Of a stretch of DNA of 64,000 nt, positions 27,001-37,814 are shown piece after piece. Numbering within the stretch: the first letter of the stretch is position 1; every line of letters starts with the position of its first letter. The notes beneath the pieces are model-generated. The model was not told where the DNA came from, made no database searches, and worked only from the letters and a program-made list of their open reading frames with translations. This DNA is from Mobula hypostoma. Taxonomy: Eukaryota. A program made the position numbers and the translations under genes. The stretch spans positions 201,316,001-201,380,000 of the forward strand of contig NC_086100.1 in the NCBI RefSeq assembly GCF_963921235.1. The letters run 5' to 3'.

Positions 27001-27717
27001 CTTTGTTGGTGGGTCTTCATCTAGTCTCTCATCCTTGAAGGTTGTATAACATTGTTCACCAATCTCATATGCCTTCATCAGGTCGGAAGCAATATCCTTG
27101 TGGGCTGCCTTTGCCGTAGAGATGCTAATGAGGTCCCGCTTCTCTGCAAATGGATTGACCCATTCATGTATGAGGCTAACCACTGCTGAAACTGCTTCCT
27201 CATCTTTCTGGATTCTTGGCCGCTGTAGCTCCGCATGACAAAGCTCTGATTTGTTGCCTTGCACCATCTCCCTTAACTGGAATCCCAGGAATGCACTGTG
27301 GTGCTCAGCTGTTATGTAGTAACGCTTGATAGCTCCAGCATTCAGGCTGAACCGTGATGTGCCTCCAGGAGTCTGTGTGTCTTTGTTCACTGTGGATTCA
27401 ATAGCCTGGTCCACAGGGATCTGCCCAAAGGGGTTGTTACTTGACAGCTGCACTGAGAATTGGCCTGTCTTGAAGGCCTCATACACAGAAGGATTCTTCT
27501 CTGGGAGGTTCATCATCTGAGCGAAGTAAGGGGACAAGTACCTGGCATAATTCATCTTATCATAGGCAAAGCACCATGGGATCATGGTTCTTATAGCATG
27601 GAGTTGCAACTCCCAGTCCCCCTCACAGAAAGCTACCACCACTGCAAAGCTATCACCATATTTTCGAGCACTAGGGGTGTATACCTTGCCAAAAATCACT
27701 ATAAGAATTATTCCCAC
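24077..27717 (-). mobile_element. Academ (AcademX-type) DNA transposon, internally deleted and interrupted
   Basis: Minus-strand protein pieces: EGDWELQL...NYARY...DQAIE.TVNKD (transposase region), VVDGM...DIVFDTY, EEADGRLLLH...SEDTDV and GCDTVSSFAGKGK (XPG/FEN1 PIN plus H3TH), and a C-terminal Cys8 cluster. Imperfect TIRs at 24116-24200 and 27629-27715; TAG at the putative terminus 24077. Confidence 0.8.
25286..26175 (+). mobile_element. 5'-truncated Rex1/Babar- or L2-type LINE inserted in the Academ element
   Basis: DTTLVGLISKND..YREEV...KRAQQ*LHFLRKL. 3' end aataaagttttttgaatcttg. TSD AAAGAC at 25280-25285 and 26176-26181. Confidence 0.85.
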
Positions 27718-30700
27718 CACCTACCAATAGAGATGAACCCAAATCAATTCAATGAATGGAACAAGATGCTATCAAGATATATATGGCAAGGTAAAAGGCC
27801 CAGGGTTCATCTCAAAACTTTGCAATTAGCCAAGGAAAAGGGGGGATGGCCCTACCTTCTCTTAGAGATTATTATTTTGCAGCACAGTTGAGAGCTATAG
27901 CACTAGAACTAGTACTAGGTAATGAACCGGGTCAGGTCACAGATCTCTCAGTGGGTGAGCATCTGGGGGACAGTGACCACTGCTCCCTGGCCTTCAGCAT
28001 TATCATGGAAATGGATAGAATCAGAGAGGACAGGAAATTTTTTAATTGGGGAAGGGCAAATTATGAGGCTATAAGGCTAGAACTTGCGGGTGTGAATTGG
28101 GATGATGTTTTTGCAGGGAAATGTACAATGGACATGTGGTCGATGTTTAGAGATCTCTTGCAGGATGTTAGGGATAAATTTGTCCCGGTGAGGAAGATAA
28201 AGAATGGTAGGGTGAAGGAACCATGGGTGACAAGTGAGGTGGAAAATCTAGTCAGGAGGAAGAAGGCAGCATACATGAGGTTTAGGAAGCAAGGATCAGA
28301 TGGGTCTATTGAGGAATATAGGGAAGCAAGAAAGGAGCTTAAGAAGGGGCTGAGAAAAGCAAGAAGGGGGCATGAGAAGGCCTTGGCGAGTAGGGTAAAG
28401 GAAAACCCCAAGGCATTCTTCAATTATGTGAAGAAAAAAGGATGACAGGATTGAAAGTAGGACCGATTAGAGATAAAGGTGGGAAGATGTGCCTGGAGGC
28501 TGTAGAGGTGAGCGAGGTCCTCAATGAATACTTCTCTTCAGTATTCACCAATGAGAGGGAACTTGATGATGGTGAGGACAATATGACTGAGGTTGATGTT
28601 CTGGAGCATGTTGATATGAAGGGAGAGGAGGTGTTGGAGTTGTTAAAATACAATAGGACGGATAAGTCCCCAGGGCCTGATGGAATATTCCCCAGGCTGC
28701 TCTATGAGGCGAGGGAAGAGATTGCTGAGGCTCTGGCTAGGATCTTTATGTCCTCGTTGTCCACAGGAATGGTACCGGAGGACTGGAGGGAGGCGAATGT
28801 TGTCCCCTTGTTCAAAAAAGGTAGTAGGGATAGTCCGGGTAATTATAGACTAATGAGCCTTATGTCTGTGGTGGGAAAGCTGTTGGAAAAGATTTTTAGA
28901 GACAGGATCTCTGGGCATTTAGAGAATCATGGTCTGATCAGGGACAGTCAGCATGGCTTTGTGAAGGGCAGATCGTGTCTAACAAGCCTGATAGAGTTCT
29001 TTGAGGAGGCGACCAGGCATATAGATGAGGGTAGTGTAGTGGATGTGATCTATATGGATTTTAGTAAAGCATTTGACAAGGTTCCACATGATAGGCTTAT
29101 TCAGAAAGTCAGAAGGCATGGGATCAAGGGAAGTTTGGCCAGGTGGATTCAGAATTGGCTTGCCAGCAGAAGGCAGAGGGTCGTAGTGGAGGGTGTACAC
29201 TCAGATTGGAGGATTGTGACTAGTGGTGTCCCACAAGGATCTGTTCTGGGACCTCTACTTATCGTGATTTTTATTAACGACCTGGATGTGGGGGTAGAAG
29301 GGTGTGTTGGCAAGTTTGCAGACAACACAAAGGTTGGTGGTGTTGTAGATAGTGTAGAGGATTGTCAAAGATTGCAGAGAGACATTGATAGGATGCAGAA
29401 GTGGGCTGAGAAGTGGCAGATGGAGTTCAACCCGGAGAAGTCTGAGGTGGTACACTTTGGAAGGACAAACTCCAAGGCAGAGTACAAAGTAAATGGCAGG
29501 ATACTTCGTAGTGTGGAGCAGCAGAGGGATCTGGGGGTACATGTCCACAGATCCCTGGAAGTTGCCTCACAGGTGGATAGGGTAGTTAAGAAAGCTTATG
29601 GAGTGTTAGCTTTCATAAGTCGAGGGATAGAGTTTAAGAATCGCGATGTAATGATGCAGCTCTATAAAACTCTGGTTAGGCCACACTTGGAGTACTGTGT
29701 CCAGTTCTGGTCGCCTCACTATAGGAAGGATGTGGAAGCATCGGAAAGGGTACAGAGGAGATTTACCAGGATGCTGTCTGGTTTAGAGAGTATGCATTAT
29801 GATCAGAGATTAAGGGAGCTAGGACTTTACTCTTTGGAGAGAAGGAGGATGAGAGGAGACATGATAGAGGTGTACAAGATAATAAGAGGAATAGATAGAG
29901 TGGATAGCCAGCGCCTCTTCCCCAGGGCACCACTGCTCAATACAAGAGGACATGGCTTTAAGGTAAGGGGTGGGAAGTTCAAGGGGGATATTAGAGGAAG
30001 GTTTTTTACCCAGAGAGCGGTTGGTGCGTGGAATGCACTGCCTGAGTCAGTGGTGGAGGCAGATACACTAGTGAAGTTTAAGAGACTACTGGACAGGTAT
30101 ATGGAGGAAGTTAAGGTGGGGGCTTATATGGAAGGCAAGGTTTGAGGGTTGGCACAACATTGTGGGCTGAAGGGCCTGTACTGTGCTGTACTATTCTATG
30201 TTCTATGTCATATCTTCTATGTTCTATGATATGCTGGTGCAACTCATCATATGACGCTCAATGGAAAAACATTGAGGAGAGGAAACTTCCCATCCCCACA
30301 CAGGCAATCTTGGCTGATAATAACCTACAAAATTACATAAGTACTATTGATAACCCATGGGTGAAATGGACTCTTAAAATACGGAGAACTACTTTAAAAG
30401 AATGTAAACTAGAGAGAGACATTGCAATTCTTAAATGGTGTGCATATGACTTGGATTTTACGCCGAATAAACTGGATGCTAGATTTAAGGACTGAACAGC
30501 TAAAGGAATAACAGCTATTTGCAATATAATGAAAGACAGAACACTGTTCAGTTTTGAAATGCTCAAAGAGAAACACTTATTATAAAAACAAGACATTTAC
30601 CGGTATTTACAGATGCGACAGTATGTTAATAGGACGGTTAAAAATGTAACCAAGGCAAGTACATGTCTGATAAGCTATTTAGAAAAGCATATAATTCAGA

Positions 30701-31055
30701 CAACGGTAGTAGAATCATTTCATGCATACATTAGGGTTTGTCAAATCTTAAAACACATTCTACTTCATACATTAAAACAAAATGGGAGAAGGAAGGAGGG
30801 ATAATAATATCTGAGGAAGACTCGACAATAACATGGAGGTATCAATGGAAGTGTACCAATTCACAGAAATGGAGAGAGTTCAGTTGGAAAAACTTGATAA
30901 GATATTTTATTACACCCTCTCAGAAATCCCATTATGATAGTAACCTCCCTGTTTGCCGGAGAAAATGCAAACCATTATCATATTTTCTGGGAATGCCCTG
31001 TTATCAAAGACTATTGGAGTGGTATACACAATGCCCTGCAAGACATCTTTAAATG
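27718..31055 (+). mobile_element. L1-clade ORF2 C-terminal fragment split by a CR1 insertion (L1 parts ~27718-27897 and ~30226-31055)
   Basis: LPIE...YIWQGKRPRV..KTLQLAKEKGG.ALPSLRDYYFAAQLRA resumes after the CR1 as MICWCN... and ends at the HIFWECP zinc knuckle. Confidence 0.82.
27898..30225 (+). mobile_element. Young 5'-truncated CR1 LINE with near-intact ORF2
   Basis: 567-aa ORF 28442..30145 containing the whole RT (catalytic FADD mutated to FADN), one frameshift near 28440, and a (CTATGTT)n-like tail. Confidence 0.93.
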
Positions 31056-31625
31056 TCTTCATAGAGGAGTCGGAAGTGGAAAGAGTGAGCAATTTCAAGT
31101 TCCTGGGTGTCAGTATCTCTGTGGATCTAAGCTGGACCCAACATACTGATGTAGCAGTAAAGAAGGGAAGACTGTGGCTTTATTTCAGTAGGAGTTCAAG
31201 GAGATTTGGTATGTCACCAAAAACTCTTGCAAAATTCTATAGATGTACTGTTGAGTGCATTCTAACTGACTGCATCACCATCTAATATATGGGGGGGGGG
31301 GATGTGGTTGCGACTGTACAGAATCAGAGAAAGCTGCAGAGAGATGTAAAATTAGTAGCTCCATCATGGGGACTGGTCTCCGTAGTATCTCGCACATTTT
31401 CAAGGAGCAATGCCTCAGAAAAGCAGTGTCCATCATTAAGGACCCTCACCACCCAGAACATGCCCTCTTCTATTGCTGCCATCGGGAAGGAGGTACAGAA
31501 GTCTGAAGGCACACACTCAACAATTCAGGAGCAGCATCTTCCCCTCTGAATGGACATTGAACCCATGAACAGTATCTCACTGCCTTTTTATTTTCTTTTT
31601 TTGCACTACTTATTTATTATATATA
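31056..31625 (+). mobile_element. Rex1/Babar- or L2-type LINE 3' fragment
   Basis: EVERVSNFKFLGVSIS.DLSWTQH...KKGRLWLYF...FYRCTVECILTDCIT. Confidence 0.8.
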
Positions 31626-31714
31626 CACCTCAACCCTATGCTGTGCCAGTTCCCCACACCATTAATTGCTTTAGAATACTTTTTCTAAATTAAACCGATC
31701 TAGTGATTTGGCTA

Positions 31715-31894
31715 TCACCACCTTCTGGATGGAGAATTCCAGACATTCACAACCTTCTGGATGGAGAATTCCAGATGTTCACCGCCTTCTGGATGGAGAA
31801 TTCCAGACGTTCACTACCCTCTGGATGGAGAATTCTAGATGTTCAACTCTTTCTGGATGGAGAATTCCAGACATTCACCACCTTCTGGATGGAG
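31715..31894. repeat. 32-bp minisatellite, ~5.6 copies
   Basis: ggagaattc recurs at 31731, 31763, 31795, 31827 and 31859, with a partial unit at 31891. Confidence 0.92.
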
Positions 31895-33717
31895 GTGCCT
31901 TGTACAATTTTAACATTACATCCCAACTCCTATACTCAATGCTCGGATTTATAAAGGCCAGCATACCAAAAGCTTTCTTCACCACCCTATCCACATGAGA
32001 TTCCACCTTCAAGGAACTATGCACCATTATTCCTGGATCCCTCTGTTCTACTACATCCCTCAATGCCTTACCATTTACCATGTATGTCCTATTTTGATTA
32101 GTCCTACCAAAATGTAGCACCTCACACTTATCAGCATTAAACTCCATCTGCCATCTTTCATCCCACCCTTCTAACTGGCCTAAATCTCGCTGTAAGCTTT
32201 GAGAACCTACTTCATGATCTACAATTCATTATTCATTAGTACTGGGCCTGGCCAGTTATGCTCAAAAACTAAAAATGAATGAAATAAATGAAAAAAATAC
32301 AAAGAACATCCCGTGATAACTGTAAATCAGAAACTGAGACAAATTTGGGAAAATTACAATCACCAGCACAGTGGAACTGAGCAAATTGTCGAAGCTGCAG
32401 ATTAACAAGTCTCAGAAAAAGCACAGAAGGATCAGATTAATAAATGGTGAGTAACTGCAGAAGGATTGGGATGTCCCAATGAAGAATTAACAAGACTAGA
32501 AAGCAGCTTCCTCAAGTAATTATGAAAGCAAACAGAATATTGTTGATGCAACACACACAAACTGCTAGAGGAACTCAGGGGTGTTAATGTGGAGAGTTTG
32601 TTTCTCCATAGTAGACCTGGCAATCAATGTTTGCTAATGGTCAGCTTTTTATAATTCCCTTTTTATGTAAAGAGTAACAGAGGTATGTGGCACAGAGCTA
32701 GGCCATTCAGCCCAACAGGTTAGTACCAATCAAAATGCCCCATGCAAGCAAGACCTATTTGCCAACATTTGACCCACAACTGAAACCTTTCAAATCCACG
32801 TGGATTCTAGCTGATTATACATAGATACCACTCTGTATAAAAAAATTTGCCCAAGTTCCTGTGAAACCTTTACCTTCTCAAATGAAACCTATGCCCTTTA
32901 GTTCCTTATTCCACAACCCTGGGAGAAATACTGAGCTAATTCACACTTGGGTTCTCTGTCCGACAACACGCTCAAGAGCCCTAGGCACTATGCAAGTCTT
33001 ACCCTGGTTTGTTTTACCCTAGTCACCTACTACAGGAAGGCTGAGATTAAGGCAAGGGAGGTCCACAATGTTGCTGGGATCGGACAGCTTGAGTTATGAG
33101 GAGAGATTGGACAGGAGACAAAGATGAGACATGACAATGAAATATGCTATTATAATTCATTAATAAGGCCAGCTGGTTTGCCACGATAGGGTGTCTAACA
33201 GTAGGGCATATAGGTTTAAGGTGACAGGAAGATAGTTTACAGATTATGTGCGGGAACACAGACAAGAATTAGTATCTATTATCTGGAGTGAGCTACCAGA
33301 CAGGTGCAGAGGCTGGACTAGGAACAACATTTTTATGAGGCATATTGAATAAGCAAGACAGAGATACGAAATAGATGCAACAATTGAGATGGGATGGATA
33401 GTTTGAAGTGTGTGTATTTTAATGCTATGAGTATAACGTGTAATGGTGATGAACTTAGAGCAGGGATCAGTACATGGAACAAGGAGCTGCTCATTCCATC
33501 AGGGTCTGCAACAGCAAGAACATGGTAACTCCATGTACTGATCCAGGCTCGAAATTCCTTCTTACCCAGAATACTCCAGGTACTGAAATAAACATTCTGA
33601 GCTCATCAATGCCACTGTGTTTATCAGCCTGACTTTCTTTTGACTTTCCTGATTACAAGTAGACACTTGATCTAACAAACTACCTTGTTATGACCTTGCA
33701 CCTTATTTTTTTTCATT

Positions 33718-35918
33718 TCCCAATACCAGATCAAGGACAGCCTCTCCTCTAGTTGGCTTATCTACATATTGTGTCAGGAAACCTTCCTGAACACACCCAA
33801 CAAACTCCACCCCTTTTAAACCACTTGTGCGAAGGAGATGCCAATCAATATTAGGATAGTGCAAATCTCCCATCACAACAACCCCATTATTATTACACCG
33901 TTGCAGAATCTGCCTCCCTATATGCTCCTCAATATCGCTGTTACAATTGGGGGTGTCTATAAAAAATATCCAGTAGTTATTGCCCCTTTCCAGTTTTTGA
34001 CTTCCACCCACACTGATTCAGTAGACCATCTGTTAAAGTTGAATCTGAATAAACGCAGGAGACCAGCTTCTTACAGTTACCTCAGTTTATTGCGCACCCT
34101 CCCACAGGAGTTTGAGACCCAGTTGTCAAAGGGAAGGCACGTAAGTACTGCCATCTCCCGACAAGTGGGCCCACTCTCTCCAGTTACAGCTGCATATTTA
34201 TACATAGCAAGCCCCGTACATTACTGTTGCAAGATGTTATTTGAACTGGTACGCCCACCAAGACTGTTGGTGCAAAACTTCGTTACAGATAAGAGAGTCC
34301 GCTAGATCAAGGCTTAATGACAGATGGATATGCTGTCCAGTCCTTATCAGTTATTCCCTTTGCTAGGCTCTGACTTAATTACAGATGAATGTTCCTTCCT
34401 GTCCTTATCGGTGAGCCCTCCTCCTCCTACTCAAACGAGGGAACAATGTACAATGTTATCAAACTCTCAATGTCTCTCTGCAAACCAAGGAGAACTGGTA
34501 ATGAGCCTATCTTAGCTGGCTGCTGAAGGCAGCGTTTACTTCAGTTCAAAAAATTCCTATTCAGTCCCAATTATTCTTTTAGCCAGAGGTTACAAAGGTT
34601 CAAAAAATCTTTTTTATATCCCCAATTCCTCACATCGCTCCATGACTTCCTCCTTTTCTGCCGCCATGACACTATCCCTAATTACCAATGCCACACCTCC
34701 AACTCTTTTGCCTCCCTCTCTGTTGTTTTTGAAACACTGAAAGCCTAGCACACTCAGCACCCTTTCCTGCTCCTGAGACATCCAAGTCTCTGTAATGGCC
34801 ACAATGTCGTAGTTCCACATATTGATCCATACTCTTTAAGTTCATCAGCCTTGTTTATGATGCTCCCTGCATTAAAATAGACACATCTCAAACCATCAGG
34901 CTGAGTGCATCTTCGCTCTAACATCTGCCTCTCCTTCCTCACAAACTCCGTACCAGCTGTCTCTACCTGTGCTCCAACCTCCCTACCTTCTGCCTCTTCC
35001 CACCCCCTGTAATACTAGTTTAAACCCTCCCCAACAGCATTAACAAACCTCCCCTCTACGATATTGGTCCTCTGCAGATTCAAGTGCAACCCGTCCTTTT
35101 TGTACAGGTCGTATCTGCCCCATAAGAGGTCACAATGATCCAAAAATCTGCATCCCTGCCCCCTGCTCTAATCCTTCAGCCATGCATTTACCCTTCAGCT
35201 CATTCTATTCCTATACTCACTGTTGTGTGGCACAGGCAGCAATCCCGAGATTATTACATTTGAGGTCCTGCTTCTTAACTTCCTTCCTAACTCCCTGTAG
35301 TATGCTTTCAGGACCTCCACCCTTCTTCTACCTATGTCGTTGCTACCAATATGTACCATGACCTCTGGCTGCTCACCCTCCCATTTCAGGATATTGTGGA
35401 CGCGCTCAGAAACATCATGAACTCTGGTAAGCATGCCCACAGAATCGACTGCCTGACCCCCAACTATAGAGTCCCCTATTACCACTGCCATCATCTTCTA
35501 TTCCCTACCCTTCTGAGCCACATGGCCAGACTCAGTGCCAGAGGCATGGCCACTGTCGCTTCCCCCAGGGTGGGGGGTCAACCCCCCCAACAGCAAAGTG
35601 GAGTATTTATTGTTAAGGGGGACAGCCACAGAGTTGCTCTCCGCTACCTGATGCCCTCCCTTCCCTCTCGTGATACTCACTTATCTGCCTCCTGTGGCCC
35701 CAGAATGACTACCTGCCTGTCACTCCTATCTATCACCTCCTCACTCTCCCTAACAAGCCGAAGGTCATCGAGCTGGAGCTCCAGTTCCCTAACTCGGTCT
35801 CTAAGGAGCTGCTGCTTGATGCACCTGGCACAGATGCGGCCATCAGGGAGGCTGGAAATCTCCCGGACATCCCACATCTGACGCCAAGAACAGAAAACTG
35901 GCCTCGCAGTCATACCCA
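33718..35918 (-). mobile_element. CR1 5' half (ORF1 Zn-finger/esterase and endonuclease), interrupted by a solo LTR
   Basis: ORFs 35677..35919, 35195..35494 (VIGDSIV...HIGSND) and 33703..34011; closely similar to 12300-15640. Confidence 0.87.
34031..34632 (-). mobile_element. Solo LTR (602 bp), ERV-like
   Basis: TG...CA termini and a 4-bp TSD CATC (34027-34030 and 34633-34636). Minus-strand TATAAA at ~34200 lies upstream of AATAAA at ~34090. The host CR1 rejoins across it. Confidence 0.8.
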
Positions 35919-36369
35919 CTATTTTTGTTGGGGGGGCGGGGGGAGTGGAAGTAACTTACTTCTCCTAGTCCCATCCTCGCTGAAGCCCCAATGAGCCAAA
36001 GCTCTACTTCTCTGACCTACACTACTCTGACGACCGCTCCTTCGATGAAACCTTTTAAATGTTGTAAAGCCTAAGCAGAGTAGATGTGGAAAGGATGTTT
36101 CCCATGGTGATGGAGTCTTAGGACGAGAGAGCACAGCCTCAGAATAGAGAGACGCCCATTTAATATAGAAACACAGAGACATTTCTGTAACTGGAGGGTA
36201 GTGAATTTGTGGAATTAATTATCACAGATAGCTGTGGAGCCCATGTTGTTGAGTATATTTAAGGCAGAGCTTGATAGGTTCTTGATTGGACATGGCATCA
36301 AAGGTTACAGGGAGGGAAGAAAAGGATCAGCTATCTTTGAAAGGTGGACCAGACTAATTCTGCTCCAAA

Positions 36370-36790
36370 GTCTTATGGTTTCAGAACAAGACCTTTCATC
36401 AGGACTAGAAAGGAAAGGGGACAACAATCAGATTAAGGTGGTGGAGGGAGACAAGCCAGAAGATATGTGGTGAGAAACAAGAGAAAATCTGCAGATGCTG
36501 AAAATCCAAAATGCTGGAGGAACTCAGCAGGTCAGGCAGCATCTATGGAATAAAGTACAGACGACGTTTCGAACCGAAACGTTTCGGCAGGACTGAAGGA
36601 AAAACTGTGGATACGACTATATCGATTGTGGAGCAGAGGTGAGCCCAGGTGAATTGGATGGGAACGGGATGGGGGGACGACGACGAGGAGAGAAACTGGG
36701 AGGTGATAGATGGAAACGGCAAAGGGCTGAAGGAAACTGACAAGAGAGGAGAGGAGAGGAGAGAAAACCATGGGGGAAAGGAACGGTCTC
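36370..36790 (-). mobile_element. Penelope 3'-terminal fragments
   Basis: gctggaggaactcagcaggtcaggcagcatc is the reverse complement of the terminus at 48700-48730; degenerate hammerhead motif at ~36558-36595. Confidence 0.75.
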
Positions 36791-36959
36791 GCCCCGAAAT
36801 ATCGCCTGTTTATATCCTGTACAATTATAACGAACTGACCTGCAAGGACAAGCTTTCGGGCATTTCGGAGCAGCAACAATAAACCAAATCCATTTTTGTT
36901 TGGACAGGTACCGCAGGACCCACTGAATTTCTCCTGCAGCTTGCTTGTTGCTCCAGACT

Positions 36960-37540
36960 CCCGAGCATCAGCGGCTCTGGAATCGTTCCTATTTCACTAA
37001 CTAGCTGTTCTGGAGACGAGGACGCCGTGTGCTTTATCCGTCAGCCGGCGAGAGGGGCAAGGAAGGGGCAGCTCGACTCGGAAAGGAAAAGACCAACTCC
37101 GCCATCGTCCCGGCAGCGCGCACACGCATTGACAGTCTAGGGTGGCGAGAACGCGGGCGGGGGCGGGCTGCGCGGGAAGTGGTGCGCATGCGCGCCGGGC
37201 TACGCGGGGAAACCTGCGCGCCTGCGCACTGTTTGAACCGGGCTGGCGGTTGTTCCCCGGTTCGGCGTCGCCATGCCTCGGTACCTCGTCCTGCTGGGTT
37301 TCGCCATTTGTGGCCGCCTTCTCACTTCCCCGTGGACAGGCAGCCCCGAGCCCATGCCGCAGAGTAGCACAGAAGGCTCCGGTGGTCGCGGCCCGCTGGC
37401 AGGTGAGGGCTGCCCCTTGCCGCCCTGTGCACATTGGTCCCCAGGCCTTCCTCACCTCCGACTTTACCGTGTTTTCCTCCACCCAACATTCCGCCCTCAC
37501 ACGTTTTGCACTCTGGTTGAATGCCTGTGTTGGCGCGGTC
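36960..37540 (+). promoter_or_regulatory. CpG-island promoter of ADAM gene B (GC boxes, ETS-like and NRF1-like motifs)
   Basis: The only clear non-TE CpG island in the window. GGGCGG twice at 37155-37166, GGAAGT at 37175-37180, TGCGCATGCGC at 37183-37193, GCGCCTGCGCA at 37218-37228, and Kozak gtcgccATG at 37273. Confidence 0.85.
37273..37402 (+). CDS. ADAM gene B, coding exon 1 (signal peptide)
   Basis: MPRYLVLLGFAICGRLLTSPWTGSPEPMPQSSTEGSGGRGPLA, then G|gtgagg donor in phase 1. Confidence 0.8.
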
Positions 37541-37814
37541 TTTCATTGGTGCAGTTATTAATTTATTGAGTATGTCCGCAAGAAAATTAATGTCAAGGTT
37601 GTATCTGGTAACATACGTATTTTGATAATAAATTTATTTTGAACATTGAAGCCGCATTCTCTGGTATTCGATATTTCGATCCTAGGAAAAACACTATCAT
37701 ATACGTGTATTTGACTTCCTGAAATTCAAAAAGCTCTCAGTTGTCCATCTGTATTTCCAGTTATCTGGGGCAAAGAAGAGACCTGATATGAGTCTAAAAT
37801 TACTGGGGAACATG

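Noticed and set aside
26458..27720. 420-aa ORF as an intact or domesticated gene
   Set aside because: Its first ~30 codons are TIR sequence fused by deletion, and the downstream part has stops, a frameshift and a LINE insertion.
27846..28445. L1-CR1 fusion ORF (also similar chimeras at 47084..48058 and 60912..61274)
   Set aside because: Chance in-frame read-through across insertion or inversion junctions.
31715..31894. CRISPR-like 32-bp palindromic repeats
   Set aside because: The units are contiguous with no unique spacers, there are no cas genes, and the context is eukaryotic.
32330..32455. Possible extra exon ending at aaatg|gtgagt
   Set aside because: A good donor, but no convincing acceptor or ADAM-like translation; partly resembles decayed CR1.
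36997..37561. Overlapping ORFs in the CpG island as extra or antisense genes
   Set aside because: GC-rich sequence is stop-poor. Only the ATG at 37273 has a Kozak context, a signal peptide and a phase-compatible donor.
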